From Parcubacteria group bacterium Gr01-1014_38 (GTDB lineage: Bacteria; Patescibacteriota; Andersenbacteria; UBA10190; CAIZMI01), in the NCBI GenBank assembly GCA_007376145.1, contig VMFP01000001.1:122835-186834 (forward strand): a DNA stretch of 64,000 bases, read 5' to 3'. Position numbers and translations under genes: made by a program. The notes under the pieces are model-generated. The model was given only the letters and a program-made list of their open reading frames with translations. It had not been told where the DNA came from and searched no databases. Shown here piece by piece: positions 46,383 to 56,825 of this stretch. Numbering within the stretch: position 1 is the first letter of the stretch; every line of letters begins with the position of its first letter.

Positions 46383-47531
46383 CTACCGTAGAAATCCCGA
46401 CTGGGAAACTATCCGCACCTCGCGTCGTTGCCAGGTGTTCCAGGCGTCCGCCACGAATGCGCGGATCCCCTGACGGAAGCGCTCCGCCGCGAATCGTGCG
46501 GCGTGGGCGCGAATGGTCTCTCGGTCGTACGAACCTTCGTTCTCCAAGAAGCGCCGGACGCAGTCCGCCAGCAGTTCTTCGATGGGCGCGTCAAAGAATT
46601 CGCCGGTGATTCCCTCGACGACAGTTTCGGTGGCTCCGCCGCGGCGCAGTGCGAGCACCGGCGTTCCCTGCGCCATCGCTTCAATGGGAACCAGTCCAAA
46701 GTCATCATCGCTTGGGAACAGTACCGCCCGCGCTCCGGCGTACAGCGCCACGAGTTCTTCATCAGGGACGAACCCGCGGAACGATATCGTCGGGCCCTGC
46801 AGGCGTCGCACCGTCGTCGCCTCCCGTCCCTCGCCGACCACGACGAGGGGAAGTTCGAGCTTATTGAAGGTATCGAGGACGACACGCACGCCTTTGTACG
46901 GCGACAGGCGGCTCACGAAGAGAAAGTACCGCCGAGGGTCGGATTCGCCTTGGGCGGCACGCGGGGTAAGCGGCTGGCTGAGCGGTGGCGGGAGCACTGC
47001 GGCTTCGCGCCGGTAGTACTTTTGAATCCCCGCCCTGGTGGTTTCGGAATTCGCGAGGAAGAGATCCACGCGGCGCGCCGCTGCCCGGTCCCACAGGCGC
47101 AGTCCGTGCATGAGCGTCTGGAAGAGTCCGCGACGGATCGTCCCCGAAGGGAATTCCTCCAGCAGCTCGTGGTACGCATCCCAGAGGAAGCGCGTCGGCG
47201 AGTGGCAGTAGCAAATGTGGAGCGTTCCGGGACGGGTGACGATCCCCTTCGCGAATCCTGACGCGCTGCTCACCACGACGTCGTACGCGGAGAGATCGAA
47301 CGTTTCCGCCGCGATCGGGAAGAGCGGAAGGTGCGCCCTGGACCGCCGGAGGACGCGCGGGAGTCCCTGGAGGAACGAGGTGGTGAGTTTCTCTGGTGGG
47401 AGGAACGGGGCGCGGAGCCGCGTTTCAAGAGTGTAGACCGGTGCGCCCGGAAATGCCGCGATGAGTTCCACGAGGACGCGCTCCGCACCCCCGAGCGTGG
47501 TGAGAGACTCGTGGACGAGCGCCAGCTGCAT
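46383..47531 (-). CDS. GT4 family glycosyltransferase
   Basis: GT-B fold with the C-terminal E-x7-E region (FGLVPIEAMAQGTPVL). Directly downstream of mreB and upstream of secA. Confidence 0.7.
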   Translation of the reverse strand: MQLALVHESLTTLGGAERVLVELIAAFPGAPVYTLETRLRAPFLPPEKLTTSFLQGLPRVLRRSRAHLPLFPIAAETFDLSAYDVVVSSASGFAKGIVTRPGTLHICYCHSPTRFLWDAYHELLEEFPSGTIRRGLFQTLMHGLRLWDRAAARRVDLFLANSETTRAGIQKYYRREAAVLPPPLSQPLTPRAAQGESDPRRYFLFVSRLSPYKGVRVVLDTFNKLELPLVVVGEGREATTVRRLQGPTISFRGFVPDEELVALYAGARAVLFPSDDDFGLVPIEAMAQGTPVLALRRGGATETVVEGITGEFFDAPIEELLADCVRRFLENEGSYDRETIRAHAARFAAERFRQGIRAFVADAWNTWQRREVRIVSQSGFLR

Positions 47532-47537
47532 GTGCGC

Positions 47538-48548
47538 TCACCGCGCCACGACGAGACTCCGCCGGTACGCGGGGAGATTTTCCAGGGCCATGCCGATTCC
47601 CTGGATCACGCAGCGCAGGGGGTCGTCTGCCACCGTGCAGGGGACCATCGTGATCTTCGCGATGAGCTTGTCCATGTTGCTCAAGAGGGCGGTCCCTCCG
47701 GTGAGGACAATCCCCTTGTCAATGATGTCGGCGGCGAGTTCCGGCGGGGTTTCTTGGAGCACCTGGCGTGCCGTGTGCGTAATCGTTTCGAGTTCTTCCT
47801 GCATGGCCTCGGTGACTTTGTTCGAGGTGATGGTCACTTCCTTCGGAAGACCCGTTGCGACGTCCCGGCCGCGGATCTCGTGCGGACGATCTTCCTCGGT
47901 TGGGGTCGCAGAGCCGATCGCGATCTTGATCTCCTCCGCGGTGCGTTCGCCAATCGCCAAGCCGTACTTTTTTCGCACGTATTCAGCGATTGCAGCATCG
48001 AGCCGGACGCCGCCGACGCGCGCCGAGGCGGTCGCGACCAAGCCGCCGAGCGAGATCATCGCCGCTTCCGTGACCCCGCCACCCATGTGGACGATCATGT
48101 GGCCGGACGACTCCGCAATCGGCAGACCCGCGCCGATCGCCGCCGCCACCGGTTGCTTGACCAGGTAGACGCGTCGCGCGCCTGCGCGCATGGCGACTTC
48201 GAAGACCGCGCGGCGCTCGGTCGAGGTGATCCCTGCCGGGACCGACACCATGACTTCGGGACGGAACACGCGGAAGGTGACGCCACCGACGCGCTCCAGG
48301 AAGAGTTCCAGCATTGCTTCGGTAACGCGGAAGTCAGCGATGGCCCCTTCGCGCAATGGCTGGGAGGCCTGAATGTTCTCTGGTGTGCGCCCGAGCATCT
48401 CCTTTGCCGCTTGACCGATGGCGAGGACCCGATGGTCATCAAGGGCGAGCGCGACGACCGACGGCTCGTGGATGACGATCCCGCGACGAGGCAAGTACAC
48501 GATGGTCTTCGTGGTGCCAAGGTCAATCCCGACGCGGCGCGTCAGCAT
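47538..48548 (-). CDS. mreB: rod shape-determining protein MreB
   Basis: MLTRRVGIDLGTTKTIVYL..., the actin-like ATPase motifs, and DIIDKGIVLTGGTALL. The start is taken at MLTRR; an in-frame ATG 16 codons upstream is possible. Confidence 0.9.
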   Translation of the reverse strand: MLTRRVGIDLGTTKTIVYLPRRGIVIHEPSVVALALDDHRVLAIGQAAKEMLGRTPENIQASQPLREGAIADFRVTEAMLELFLERVGGVTFRVFRPEVMVSVPAGITSTERRAVFEVAMRAGARRVYLVKQPVAAAIGAGLPIAESSGHMIVHMGGGVTEAAMISLGGLVATASARVGGVRLDAAIAEYVRKKYGLAIGERTAEEIKIAIGSATPTEEDRPHEIRGRDVATGLPKEVTITSNKVTEAMQEELETITHTARQVLQETPPELAADIIDKGIVLTGGTALLSNMDKLIAKITMVPCTVADDPLRCVIQGIGMALENLPAYRRSLVVAR

Positions 48549-48623
48549 AGTTGCAGGGTACCAAGGTATTCTGCTAGAAGGAAAGTGCTCGTGCATCCAA
48601 CAACGCGACGCGCCTTCCGCACG

Positions 48624-50045
48624 ATGGCGTGGGTGATCTTCCTTGTGGGGTCACCCCTTCTCTTGGCCTATGCCTGGGGGTACCGCGTGTCGCTGTCGCA
48701 CCCCCGTGCATCGCTCGTTCCTGCCGGACCGACGGTTGGCGCGATGGTCATCCGCTCCATCCCGCGCGGCGCGCGTGTGCTCCTTGATGGGCGTGTGGTC
48801 GACGAGCGCACTCCCGCCGGCATCAGCAGGATTCCTGTCGGGGTGCACCTGGTACGGATTGAGAAGCAGGGGTATCGGCCGTACGAGAAGCGACTCGAGG
48901 TGTTCGGCGGACAGGTGGCCGATCTCCTTCACGTGCGGTTGATTCCCCAGACCATCGAGGAGGAAATTGTCCGCACCGGAGTATCCGGCGTGTGGATCTC
49001 GCCCGATGAACGCTGGGTGATTCTCCGGGAAGAGCCGCTGCTCACCATTCTCCCCCGGCGCGTGCTCACCACCCTCTCGCCCGAGAGAACGGTGCGCGAG
49101 GCTGATGGTCTCCAGGTCCGCCTGCCCCGCCACCGGACCGGCGAGATCGCGTTCTTCTGGGCGCCGAGTGGGGAGAGCGTGGCGGTTGGTCTGCACCGGG
49201 CGGAAGAGACCGAGCAGATGACGTTCTTCCCAGACAGTCTCGCGCTGATCGATCTCGCCGATGGCCGACTCCGGCCGATGCCGCCGCGGACCAAGCTGGT
49301 GGGATGGAGTCCCGTCGGGCCAGAGCGCGTCCTCCTCCTCACGGCGGAGGGAGACCTGCTGGGGCTTCCCGCGCAGGCCACGACGCCAGAGAAACTCGCC
49401 TCCGGCATTCTCGCAGCGGCGATTCATCCTCGCGGCATCCTCGTCCAGCGCGCGACGCAAGGTGCGAGCGAACCACCCTTTGGTTTCGTGCGCGACGGAG
49501 GAGAATTTCAACCCTTCACACCACCGTTTCCTGAACCGGCCGGGGCGCTGCAGGTTTCTCCGGAGGGAACTCTCGCGGGGGTATCGAAGGACGGAACGCT
49601 GTTCCTCTTCACTGCGGAGGATCAGGCCTGGCGAGCCGTCGCGCAGGGCGTGCGCCGCTTCGCCTGGTCTCCCGACGGTCAGAAGCTGCTCATCCAGGAA
49701 TCCGCGTTCGATGTCTCGGTGCTGAACGTGTCGGAGGATCGCAGCGTCTTAAAAAGGCTTCAGCCGGAATTTCTCCTGCGGATGTCACTCCCTCTCCGGA
49801 ATCTCCAATGGTTCCCGGACAGTCAACATCTCCTCTATTTCGATCAGGATATTCTTCGTCTCCTCGACATCGATCCCCGTGGCGGGCATCGAACCGAGGA
49901 CCTCATCTCCGTTGATCGTGGTGGTGCCCTCGCCGTCGTTTTCGAGGGCGGTGCGCTCGTCACCGTGACGGCACGCCGTTCCGTCTCCGACCGCTCAGCG
50001 GATGTCCTCCTTCGTCTCTTCCTCCGGACGCCGGACGACCGCTAA
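48624..50045 (+). CDS. PEGA-domain membrane protein with C-terminal beta-propeller-like region
   Basis: This is the 3' part of the listed 904-aa ORF; the 5' part is antisense shadow of mreB/GT4. Starts MAWVIFLVGSPLLLAY (TM). PEGA signature SIPRGARVLLDGRVVDERTPAGISRIPVGVHLVRIEKQGYRPYEKRL. Confidence 0.6.
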   Translation: MAWVIFLVGSPLLLAYAWGYRVSLSHPRASLVPAGPTVGAMVIRSIPRGARVLLDGRVVDERTPAGISRIPVGVHLVRIEKQGYRPYEKRLEVFGGQVADLLHVRLIPQTIEEEIVRTGVSGVWISPDERWVILREEPLLTILPRRVLTTLSPERTVREADGLQVRLPRHRTGEIAFFWAPSGESVAVGLHRAEETEQMTFFPDSLALIDLADGRLRPMPPRTKLVGWSPVGPERVLLLTAEGDLLGLPAQATTPEKLASGILAAAIHPRGILVQRATQGASEPPFGFVRDGGEFQPFTPPFPEPAGALQVSPEGTLAGVSKDGTLFLFTAEDQAWRAVAQGVRRFAWSPDGQKLLIQESAFDVSVLNVSEDRSVLKRLQPEFLLRMSLPLRNLQWFPDSQHLLYFDQDILRLLDIDPRGGHRTEDLISVDRGGALAVVFEGGALVTVTARRSVSDRSADVLLRLFLRTPDDR

Positions 50046-51298
50046 GGTTCACCGCGTTCCCGCACACCGTCGCGGGCACAGCGGTCGTAGTATTGGAGAA
50101 GCTGGTTGGCGATGGATTGCGGAGCAAACCGCTCCTTGACGTACGCGCGCGCAGCGTCGCCCATCGCCGTGGCGTCGTCCCGATTCCGGAGAAGACGAAT
50201 CAGTGCTCCCGCGAGTGCTGACGGATCGTTGGGCGGTACGAGTGCTGCCGTCTGCGACGTCGTCGTTTCTAAAACGCCGCCGAGATCCGACGCGACGAGA
50301 GGCCGAGCACGGGCTCCGGCCTCCAATGCTGCGCGCCCGAACGGTTCTTCCCAGAGGTGAGCGGACACGACGATGGCCGAACGGTCCATGAGGTCGGAAA
50401 CCTCGGCTGGTGGGACGGCGCCGTGGAACGTGACGGCATCACGGAGGCCTAAGCGATCAGCGAGCGCGCGGTACCGCGGGAGTTCTCCACTGCCGGCGAG
50501 GTGGAGGCGGAGATCAGGAAATGTCTTTTGCGCCTCCGCGACGGCCTGGAGAAGAATGTCCGTTCCCTTCGTCGTTTCCAGGCGGCCCGCCGCACAGAGG
50601 ACATTTTCCTCCGGACGGGGGACGAGCGGCGTCGTCAGCCAACGTGGATCCACGGGGTTTTGGAGGATCATGGTCTGCACCGTCGGGGGAGGACGGAGGC
50701 GCGCCTCCACGCGCCTCCGGAGGCACTGACTCGTGTAGAGGTGGTGAGGAATGCGGCGGAAGGCGCGGGTACGAAAGCCGAGATTTCCTTTGTACTGCGC
50801 CACGCGGAATGGCTTCCGCGGGAGGGAGGCTTCCACGACGCGGTGGCACCGAAAGAGGACGTTCGTCCAGAAGCAGCCGTCGCAGGAGGAGCCGTCCCAC
50901 CACATGTTGTTCGTGGTCCCGCAGATCGGTGCGTAGTCGCGGATCGTGACGATGCGGTGCGGATGGGGGAGGAACGAGAGCGACAAGGCGCTGCGGAACT
51001 CTTGCGCATGGATGACGTCGGGCTGCAGCGCGTGTCTTGGAAGCAGCGCGGCGACGGTCTGTGCCGCTGCGCGACTCACCAAGACTTCCCGAAGCGGCTT
51101 TGACCACCAGGAGAGGAGCGGGCGCGTGCGGATCACCCGGACGCCGTGGAGAACGTCGTCCCCTTCCCCCGCCGCTCCGCAGACGACGGTGACGCTCGCG
51201 CCGGTCGCCGCCAGTGCTTCCGCGATCAGCTGCGTGGAGATTTCCCCGCCGCCGAGGACATCCGGCGGGTAGCGGGCGGAGAGGAAGAGCACCCGCAT
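50042..51298 (-). CDS. GT4 family glycosyltransferase
   Basis: Internal start MRVLFLSARYPPDVLGGGEIS. C-terminal EPFGRAALEAGARARPLV. The upstream 83-aa extension is Arg-rich and overlaps the next gene. Confidence 0.7.
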   Translation of the reverse strand: MRVLFLSARYPPDVLGGGEISTQLIAEALAATGASVTVVCGAAGEGDDVLHGVRVIRTRPLLSWWSKPLREVLVSRAAAQTVAALLPRHALQPDVIHAQEFRSALSLSFLPHPHRIVTIRDYAPICGTTNNMWWDGSSCDGCFWTNVLFRCHRVVEASLPRKPFRVAQYKGNLGFRTRAFRRIPHHLYTSQCLRRRVEARLRPPPTVQTMILQNPVDPRWLTTPLVPRPEENVLCAAGRLETTKGTDILLQAVAEAQKTFPDLRLHLAGSGELPRYRALADRLGLRDAVTFHGAVPPAEVSDLMDRSAIVVSAHLWEEPFGRAALEAGARARPLVASDLGGVLETTTSQTAALVPPNDPSALAGALIRLLRNRDDATAMGDAARAYVKERFAPQSIANQLLQYYDRCARDGVRERGEP

Positions 51299-52425
51299 CA
51301 GCCGCTCCGCGGGCTCAAGACCTTCGCGTAGACCGCCAGGGTCGCGGCGAGCATGTTCTCTCGCGTGAACTGCGCGGCACGGGCGAGTCCGCGCCGCCGG
51401 AGTTCTGCGCGGAGCGGCGCGTCGGTCAGGACCAAGGCGAGGCCTTCCGCGATTGCTTCGGTGTCTTCCGGGTTCACGAGGATCGCCGCATCGCCTACGA
51501 CTTCCGGAAGGCTGGAACGGTTCGACGTCACCACCGGCGTCCCGCACGCCATGGCTTCAAGCGGCGGGAACCCGAATCCTTCGTCGAGCGACGGGAATGC
51601 CAGCACCGTCGCTGCGTGGTACCAGAGGCGGAGCGCCGCATCGTTTGATTCCTCCACGAGACGGACGGTGCGGTCGAGGTGAAGTCGCGCAATCGTCTCA
51701 CGGAGTTCACGGCGACCGGACGCCACGCCCGCATCGCCAATCTTCACGAAGCGAACGTTCGGAACCCGTTGCCGGACGAGCGCGAGTGCTTCCAAAAGGC
51801 GACGGAGGTTCTTCCGCCGGTGCTCACTTCCTACGTAGAGAACCAGGGGAGGGTGATCGCAGAGATCTGCATCCGCAAGGAACCGCTTCCCTTCCTCGGT
51901 CTGCCAGAGCGCTCCTTGGAAGCGCAGGGATTCCGAACCCGAGGGGGGAATGACGGAGAGCCGCGCGTCCGGCACTTTATACTGTGCCCGAACATCCCGC
52001 GCGGTCGCCTCTGAATAGGTGAGAAGGTGCGCCGCATTTCTGATCCCGCGGTAGAGGATGCGCGCTACCGTTCCCCCAAAGAGCACCTGCGGGTCGCGGA
52101 GCTCGATGAGGTCCCAGACCGTGACGACGGATCGTTCAGGGGCTCTCCGTGCAAGAAACGCGAGCGTTTGGTTGGTGAAGTGCAGGATGCCCTCTGGCGG
52201 CGTGCGCAGGAGGCTTCCGGCAACGAGCCAGAACGCCGGCTTCCCGCCCGGCAGGCGCGGAACGATCCGAACGATCCTCCCGTTCTGCTCAATCGCCGAC
52301 ATCCGATGATCCAGCGTCAGGATCGTGACATCCTGTCCAGCGGCACGTAAGGCCTCCCGAAGCATTCCCACCGGCTTTCCGACGCCGGACGTTGCAGACG
52401 CGTTGGTGATGAGTGTGATCTTCAT
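51298..52425 (-). CDS. GT4 family glycosyltransferase
   Basis: Internal start MKITLITNASATSGVGKPV. EGFGFPPLEAMACGTPVV. 1-nt stop/start overlap with the downstream gene. Confidence 0.7.
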   Translation of the reverse strand: MKITLITNASATSGVGKPVGMLREALRAAGQDVTILTLDHRMSAIEQNGRIVRIVPRLPGGKPAFWLVAGSLLRTPPEGILHFTNQTLAFLARRAPERSVVTVWDLIELRDPQVLFGGTVARILYRGIRNAAHLLTYSEATARDVRAQYKVPDARLSVIPPSGSESLRFQGALWQTEEGKRFLADADLCDHPPLVLYVGSEHRRKNLRRLLEALALVRQRVPNVRFVKIGDAGVASGRRELRETIARLHLDRTVRLVEESNDAALRLWYHAATVLAFPSLDEGFGFPPLEAMACGTPVVTSNRSSLPEVVGDAAILVNPEDTEAIAEGLALVLTDAPLRAELRRRGLARAAQFTRENMLAATLAVYAKVLSPRSG

Positions 52426-53579
52426 GGTGCCGGCCGCTCGGGCTCTCCGGTGTGTTCGAGCACCCGTGCGTAGACCTCCAAGGTCTGGCGCGCGGTTCGC
52501 TCCCATGTGAATTGCTGAATCCAGGCTCGGCCCTGCTCGACGAGGCGCGTCCGTACGCCTTGGTCCGCGAGGAGGAGACGAAGCGCGGACGTGATTTCTT
52601 CTTCGTCCTCCGGATCCACGAGCAGCGCCGCAGGGCCGACGACCTCCGGGAGGCTCCCGCGCGCACTCACGAGGACCGGCGTCCCGCACGCCATGGCTTC
52701 AAGCGGCGGGAACCCGAATCCTTCATCCTGGCTCAAGAACGCAAAGGCATCGGCACTGCCGTACAGCGTTGGAAGATCCGCGCTCTCCACCCGACCCAGA
52801 AAGCACACGCGATCCTTCAGTCGTGGGTCACGGGCGGCAGCGACGACGCGCTCGGTTTTCCAACCCCACCGACCTGCAATGACGAGGGTATGCGGGAACT
52901 CGCCGACCACGCGTGCAAAGGCTCGGAGCAACCGGTCGACGTTCTTCCGTGGCTCAATGGTTCCGACGGTGAGCACATACGGTGTCGCACCGAGACCGAG
53001 CCGCGCCAAAAGCGCCGCGCGAGCGTCTGGTGCCGCCGGGGCAAAGGTCGGTTCGATGCCGGGGGTGGTCACGGTAATGCGGTCTGCTGGCACACCGAGC
53101 GTATCCACGATGGCCCGTTTCGATGCTTCGGAAATCGTCACGATCGCCGTGGCGTGACGTGCGGCGGCAGGCAGTTCCAGGCGCCAGTAGGTCCGCTGGG
53201 CGACCGTCTGCGTTCTTGGATGCGTGAGGGAGATCACGTCGTAGATCGTCGTGACGACCGGTGGGAACCCGCGGCGGAATGGAGTGCCGCTTGGCTTCGT
53301 CAGGTGCACGAGGCGAGGGCGCAATCTACGAATCGCGCGCGGGAGCGCCACAAGGTTCCAGTAGGGGCGCAGCCACGGCGTGGCCGGCGGTACCGCCAGA
53401 CTCGGGAAATTTCTGACGGCGGTCTGGCCCCGCTGGTGGTCACAGATAACCGTGAGCGTAAGCGGTGGGTCCAGCTGCGTAAAGCCGTCCAGCAAGCCGC
53501 GGATGTACCGAACGACTCCCCCCGCTGGCCCGGACAGTGCGCGGGCCTCGAGAGCCACCAGCGGTGGCGATGCCGTCAT
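52422..53579 (-). CDS. GT4 family glycosyltransferase
   Basis: EGFGFPPLEAMACGTPVLVS. 4-nt overlaps on both sides. Confidence 0.7.
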   Translation of the reverse strand: MTASPPLVALEARALSGPAGGVVRYIRGLLDGFTQLDPPLTLTVICDHQRGQTAVRNFPSLAVPPATPWLRPYWNLVALPRAIRRLRPRLVHLTKPSGTPFRRGFPPVVTTIYDVISLTHPRTQTVAQRTYWRLELPAAARHATAIVTISEASKRAIVDTLGVPADRITVTTPGIEPTFAPAAPDARAALLARLGLGATPYVLTVGTIEPRKNVDRLLRAFARVVGEFPHTLVIAGRWGWKTERVVAAARDPRLKDRVCFLGRVESADLPTLYGSADAFAFLSQDEGFGFPPLEAMACGTPVLVSARGSLPEVVGPAALLVDPEDEEEITSALRLLLADQGVRTRLVEQGRAWIQQFTWERTARQTLEVYARVLEHTGEPERPAP

Positions 53580-54766
53580 GGGCGCTCCTGCAATTGCCCG
53601 ACGAGAATGCGGGTGGAGCGGACCGTCTTCGTGAGTCGGGCAAACAGAGCCTCATAGCGATCAGCGATGTCCCGGATGAGGAACGACTGCATGGCGTGGC
53701 GGTTCGTCTCCGCGAAACGCTTCCGAAGGTCCGCATCCGCGAGGAGCACGCGGAGCGCTGACGCGAGTTGGTCCGATCGCTGCGGAGGAGTGAACAGCGC
53801 GTTCTCCCCGGCGCGGAGGATGTCTGTCTGGCCGCCTTGGTCCGTACAGACAATGGGAAGCCCCGCGTACATCGCTTCGAGGAACACGATGCCGAATCCT
53901 TCATGGAGCGAAGCGGAAACAAAGAGGTCGGCGGCTCGAAGGAGCTGCCATTTCCGGTCTTCCGTCACTGCGCCTTCGAACGTGACCTGCGGCCGCACGC
54001 CAAGGCGCTCCGCCGTACCTTCGAGTGGGTGCAGAAGCGGACCATCCCCCATGACATGCAGGTGCACATCCTTTCTTTTCAGGAGCGCGAGAGCCTCGAG
54101 AAGGTCCTTGTGGGCCTTTCGGGGTATGAGACGCCCAACCGTGACGAGGCGCCACGGTGCACCGTGACTCGCGGTGACGGGAGGGAGCACAGCCGGCGGA
54201 ACCAAACCGAGGGGGATGACGGCGAGGTTGTTCGGCGCGCGGTGGTACAAGATTGCGCGCCGTTTCGTATCCTCCGAAATCGCCGTGACCGCGTCCGCGT
54301 GACGGATCACCCACCGTACCACGGCCCGAACCACCGGATTCCGGTGGGCAGCGATTCCCGCCGTGGGATTGGGATCAAAGATATCCGCACCGATGAGCGT
54401 GAGGACCACCGGAATTCGGCGCAGGCGCCCGAGGAGGACTGCGGGGAGTCCCGAAGGAACGGCGAAAAGGGCGTGAATGAGGTCCGGGCGAGTCTTGTTG
54501 GTCGCACGCAGGCCAGCGAGGAGCGCGGACGGAACGAACGTCGCCATGGAACGGAGCGTCGCCACCGGCATCTGACATCGCCCCCACACCGGAACGCGAA
54601 TGATCCGGACGCCGTTGACGACTTCCGCCTTGGGGAGGCCACGGAAGTGCGTCGTGAGGATCGTGACCTCGTTCCGCGCGGCGAATGCCTCCGCGAGATC
54701 CCGATGGGCCACTCCTCCTCCGCCCCCGAGAGGCGGGTATTCGTAATTGATGAGCAGCAGCCTCAT
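53576..54766 (-). CDS. GT4 family glycosyltransferase
   Basis: MRLLLINYEYPPLGGGGGVA, HEGFGIVFLEAMYAGLPIV. 4-nt overlaps on both sides. Confidence 0.7.
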   Translation of the reverse strand: MRLLLINYEYPPLGGGGGVAHRDLAEAFAARNEVTILTTHFRGLPKAEVVNGVRIIRVPVWGRCQMPVATLRSMATFVPSALLAGLRATNKTRPDLIHALFAVPSGLPAVLLGRLRRIPVVLTLIGADIFDPNPTAGIAAHRNPVVRAVVRWVIRHADAVTAISEDTKRRAILYHRAPNNLAVIPLGLVPPAVLPPVTASHGAPWRLVTVGRLIPRKAHKDLLEALALLKRKDVHLHVMGDGPLLHPLEGTAERLGVRPQVTFEGAVTEDRKWQLLRAADLFVSASLHEGFGIVFLEAMYAGLPIVCTDQGGQTDILRAGENALFTPPQRSDQLASALRVLLADADLRKRFAETNRHAMQSFLIRDIADRYEALFARLTKTVRSTRILVGQLQERP

Positions 54767-56823
54767 CGCGGGCCTTTTCTCACCGAAGGATTTTCCACAA
54801 AAAGTTCCGAGCCGTCAATGGAGAAGGAGAAGGCATGCGATCCCGGCGCAAGGGTGCCGAGAGGAATGAAGGCGGTTCCATCGGACGACACGGTGACCGG
54901 TGCCGGTCCGGTCGGGGTTTGGAGCTGAATCTTCCGCGTCCTTGGGTCGAGGACGCGGAAGGAGAGCGTGGCGGGAACCGCGTCTCCGCCAAGTACCCGG
55001 ATGGAAAACGTCGCACGGGGTTGAATCTTGACGCGTCGCCGATCTCCAGAACTCGAGGGCACGGCGTCCCACCCTGACCCAGGGACTCCCACCAATGCGG
55101 ACGTTGTTTCGGGCCATGGCGGCACGCGGTAGAGCGTCGTCCCCTCGCCGACGTTCTCTGCATGCAGACCCGCGCCACGGAGCAGCCGGTGGAGGACGTG
55201 GAATTCTGCTGGCGTCACCGCGACCAATCCTTTTGGACTGGAACGGAGTGTCGGCATCCCCATCACGTATTCGTGAATGATCACCGCGATGACTCTCTCG
55301 CTGGCAAGTGCGGCATGGACCATTTCGGCGGGCATCTGGCCGAAGAGCGTCGAACGCTCGAAGTCGTCGGGACGAACGGCGAGGAGCGCACCGACGACAG
55401 GGACGCGGAGCGGAGCTTCGCGCGCTGCCCGATCTTGCACGCGCTCGAAGACGTTGCTGGCGAGAATACGGCGGCGGTGGACCGTGGACGCGTACTGGGC
55501 GCGTGAGGCAACGAGGTAGTCGGTGGCGGCAGGAATTTCGAGGAGGAGTCCTGCTGGTCCAGCGGTGAGCGTGGTGGAGAATTGGGAGATCGTCGCTTCC
55601 TGCACCGGGAAGGTGCTTGGAAGAATTTCCAGCACGAGCGCTCCCGCGAGAAGAAACGCGGCGGCCCGCGGGAGCCTGCTGACGCCGATGCTCGCCAGCA
55701 GCGGGAGAGCCAACGCCGGCAAGACGAGAAATCGGTTTACCGTTCGAACCGCGGAGAACACAGGGAACTCGTCATAGAGCTGTGCGCCAAGCGAGGTGCG
55801 CGGCGCAAACGCAAGGAGGAGCCCGGCGACGACCAGCGAGCCGAGGAGCGCGAGGTGCTGCCAGCGACCTTCCCGCCAGAGTCTCCGCACACCCACGACC
55901 GCGACCACCGGCGCGAGGAGGCCGAGAGTATGGACGTAGTCGGCCACGGCCTGGCGCGGAGTCCCATACCGATTCGGAGAGTGGCGAAAGAGATGGAAGG
56001 TCGGAGGGGAGAGTATCGTTTCGACCGTTGGTGCAAACCGCCGTCGCTGTTCCGAACCGAGGTTGAAGGCGGAGTCGGCGCGCGATGCTTTCTTCAGCTC
56101 TTCTCGGAAGGGGAACATTCCAAGCGCGCCGACGAGGAAAAGGAAGGTGAGGGCGAGGATGATTCCTTGGCGAGTCCGAAGCGTCTGCACAGCCTGGTGC
56201 CAGAAGATGGCTATCGTCAGTGCGGCGGCAAGGAGTGTCGCAAGAAACAGCATATGCTCGGTCCACGACGTCCCGACGAACGCCGCAGCAGCGACGAGCG
56301 TTCGTGGGAGTGACGGACGCTGGAGCAGCCACAGGAGCGCTGCCATGCTGAGTGGAATCCAGAAGAGTTGCATGGCGCCGAAATGCCCGAGGCTCTGCGC
56401 GATGCGGTACGGCGCGAACGCCGTGAGGAACCCGGCGACCGCCGCTGGTCCACGCGCGATTCCCAAGCGTCGAGCGAGTCCATACGTGGCGAGTGCCGTC
56501 AGCGGGAATTGGAGAATCCACACGAGGTTGTATCCCAGAGGATCGCCGAAGACTCCGTGGAGCGGGATCCACGGCAGCGGGCCAAAGTTCCTCACGGGGT
56601 CGTCGGCAATGGTGAGCGTCCGGCGGGACAGCGCTTCGGTGAAGGCGGAGGAACGCCAGAGCGTCTGATACGGATCGCCGCCGAGCCCGAGCACCGACGT
56701 CCGGAGATTCGGCAGGTGCGTGCCGATGAGGAGCAATGCCCCGATGAGCGCCAGCGCGCACAGCGCGAGCGGAACCAGGACACGACGTCGGGCCTCTGCT
56801 TGGAAAAGCGGGAGCGCCTGCAC
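54763..56823 (-). CDS. large polytopic membrane protein with C-terminal extracytoplasmic domain (possible GT-C/YfhO-like glycosyltransferase)
   Basis: 686 aa with ~12 TM helices in the N-terminal two-thirds and a soluble beta-rich C-terminus. Translationally coupled (4-nt overlap) to the GT4 array. Confidence 0.5.
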   Translation of the reverse strand: MQALPLFQAEARRRVLVPLALCALALIGALLLIGTHLPNLRTSVLGLGGDPYQTLWRSSAFTEALSRRTLTIADDPVRNFGPLPWIPLHGVFGDPLGYNLVWILQFPLTALATYGLARRLGIARGPAAVAGFLTAFAPYRIAQSLGHFGAMQLFWIPLSMAALLWLLQRPSLPRTLVAAAAFVGTSWTEHMLFLATLLAAALTIAIFWHQAVQTLRTRQGIILALTFLFLVGALGMFPFREELKKASRADSAFNLGSEQRRRFAPTVETILSPPTFHLFRHSPNRYGTPRQAVADYVHTLGLLAPVVAVVGVRRLWREGRWQHLALLGSLVVAGLLLAFAPRTSLGAQLYDEFPVFSAVRTVNRFLVLPALALPLLASIGVSRLPRAAAFLLAGALVLEILPSTFPVQEATISQFSTTLTAGPAGLLLEIPAATDYLVASRAQYASTVHRRRILASNVFERVQDRAAREAPLRVPVVGALLAVRPDDFERSTLFGQMPAEMVHAALASERVIAVIIHEYVMGMPTLRSSPKGLVAVTPAEFHVLHRLLRGAGLHAENVGEGTTLYRVPPWPETTSALVGVPGSGWDAVPSSSGDRRRVKIQPRATFSIRVLGGDAVPATLSFRVLDPRTRKIQLQTPTGPAPVTVSSDGTAFIPLGTLAPGSHAFSFSIDGSELFVENPSVRKGPR

Positions 56824-56825
56824 GG

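Noticed and set aside
47331-50045. 904-aa plus-strand ORF
   Set aside because: Its first ~430 codons are antisense to mreB and the GT4 gene and have Arg/His/Asp-rich shadow composition. Only the in-frame portion from ATG 48624 (TM helix + PEGA domain) is kept.
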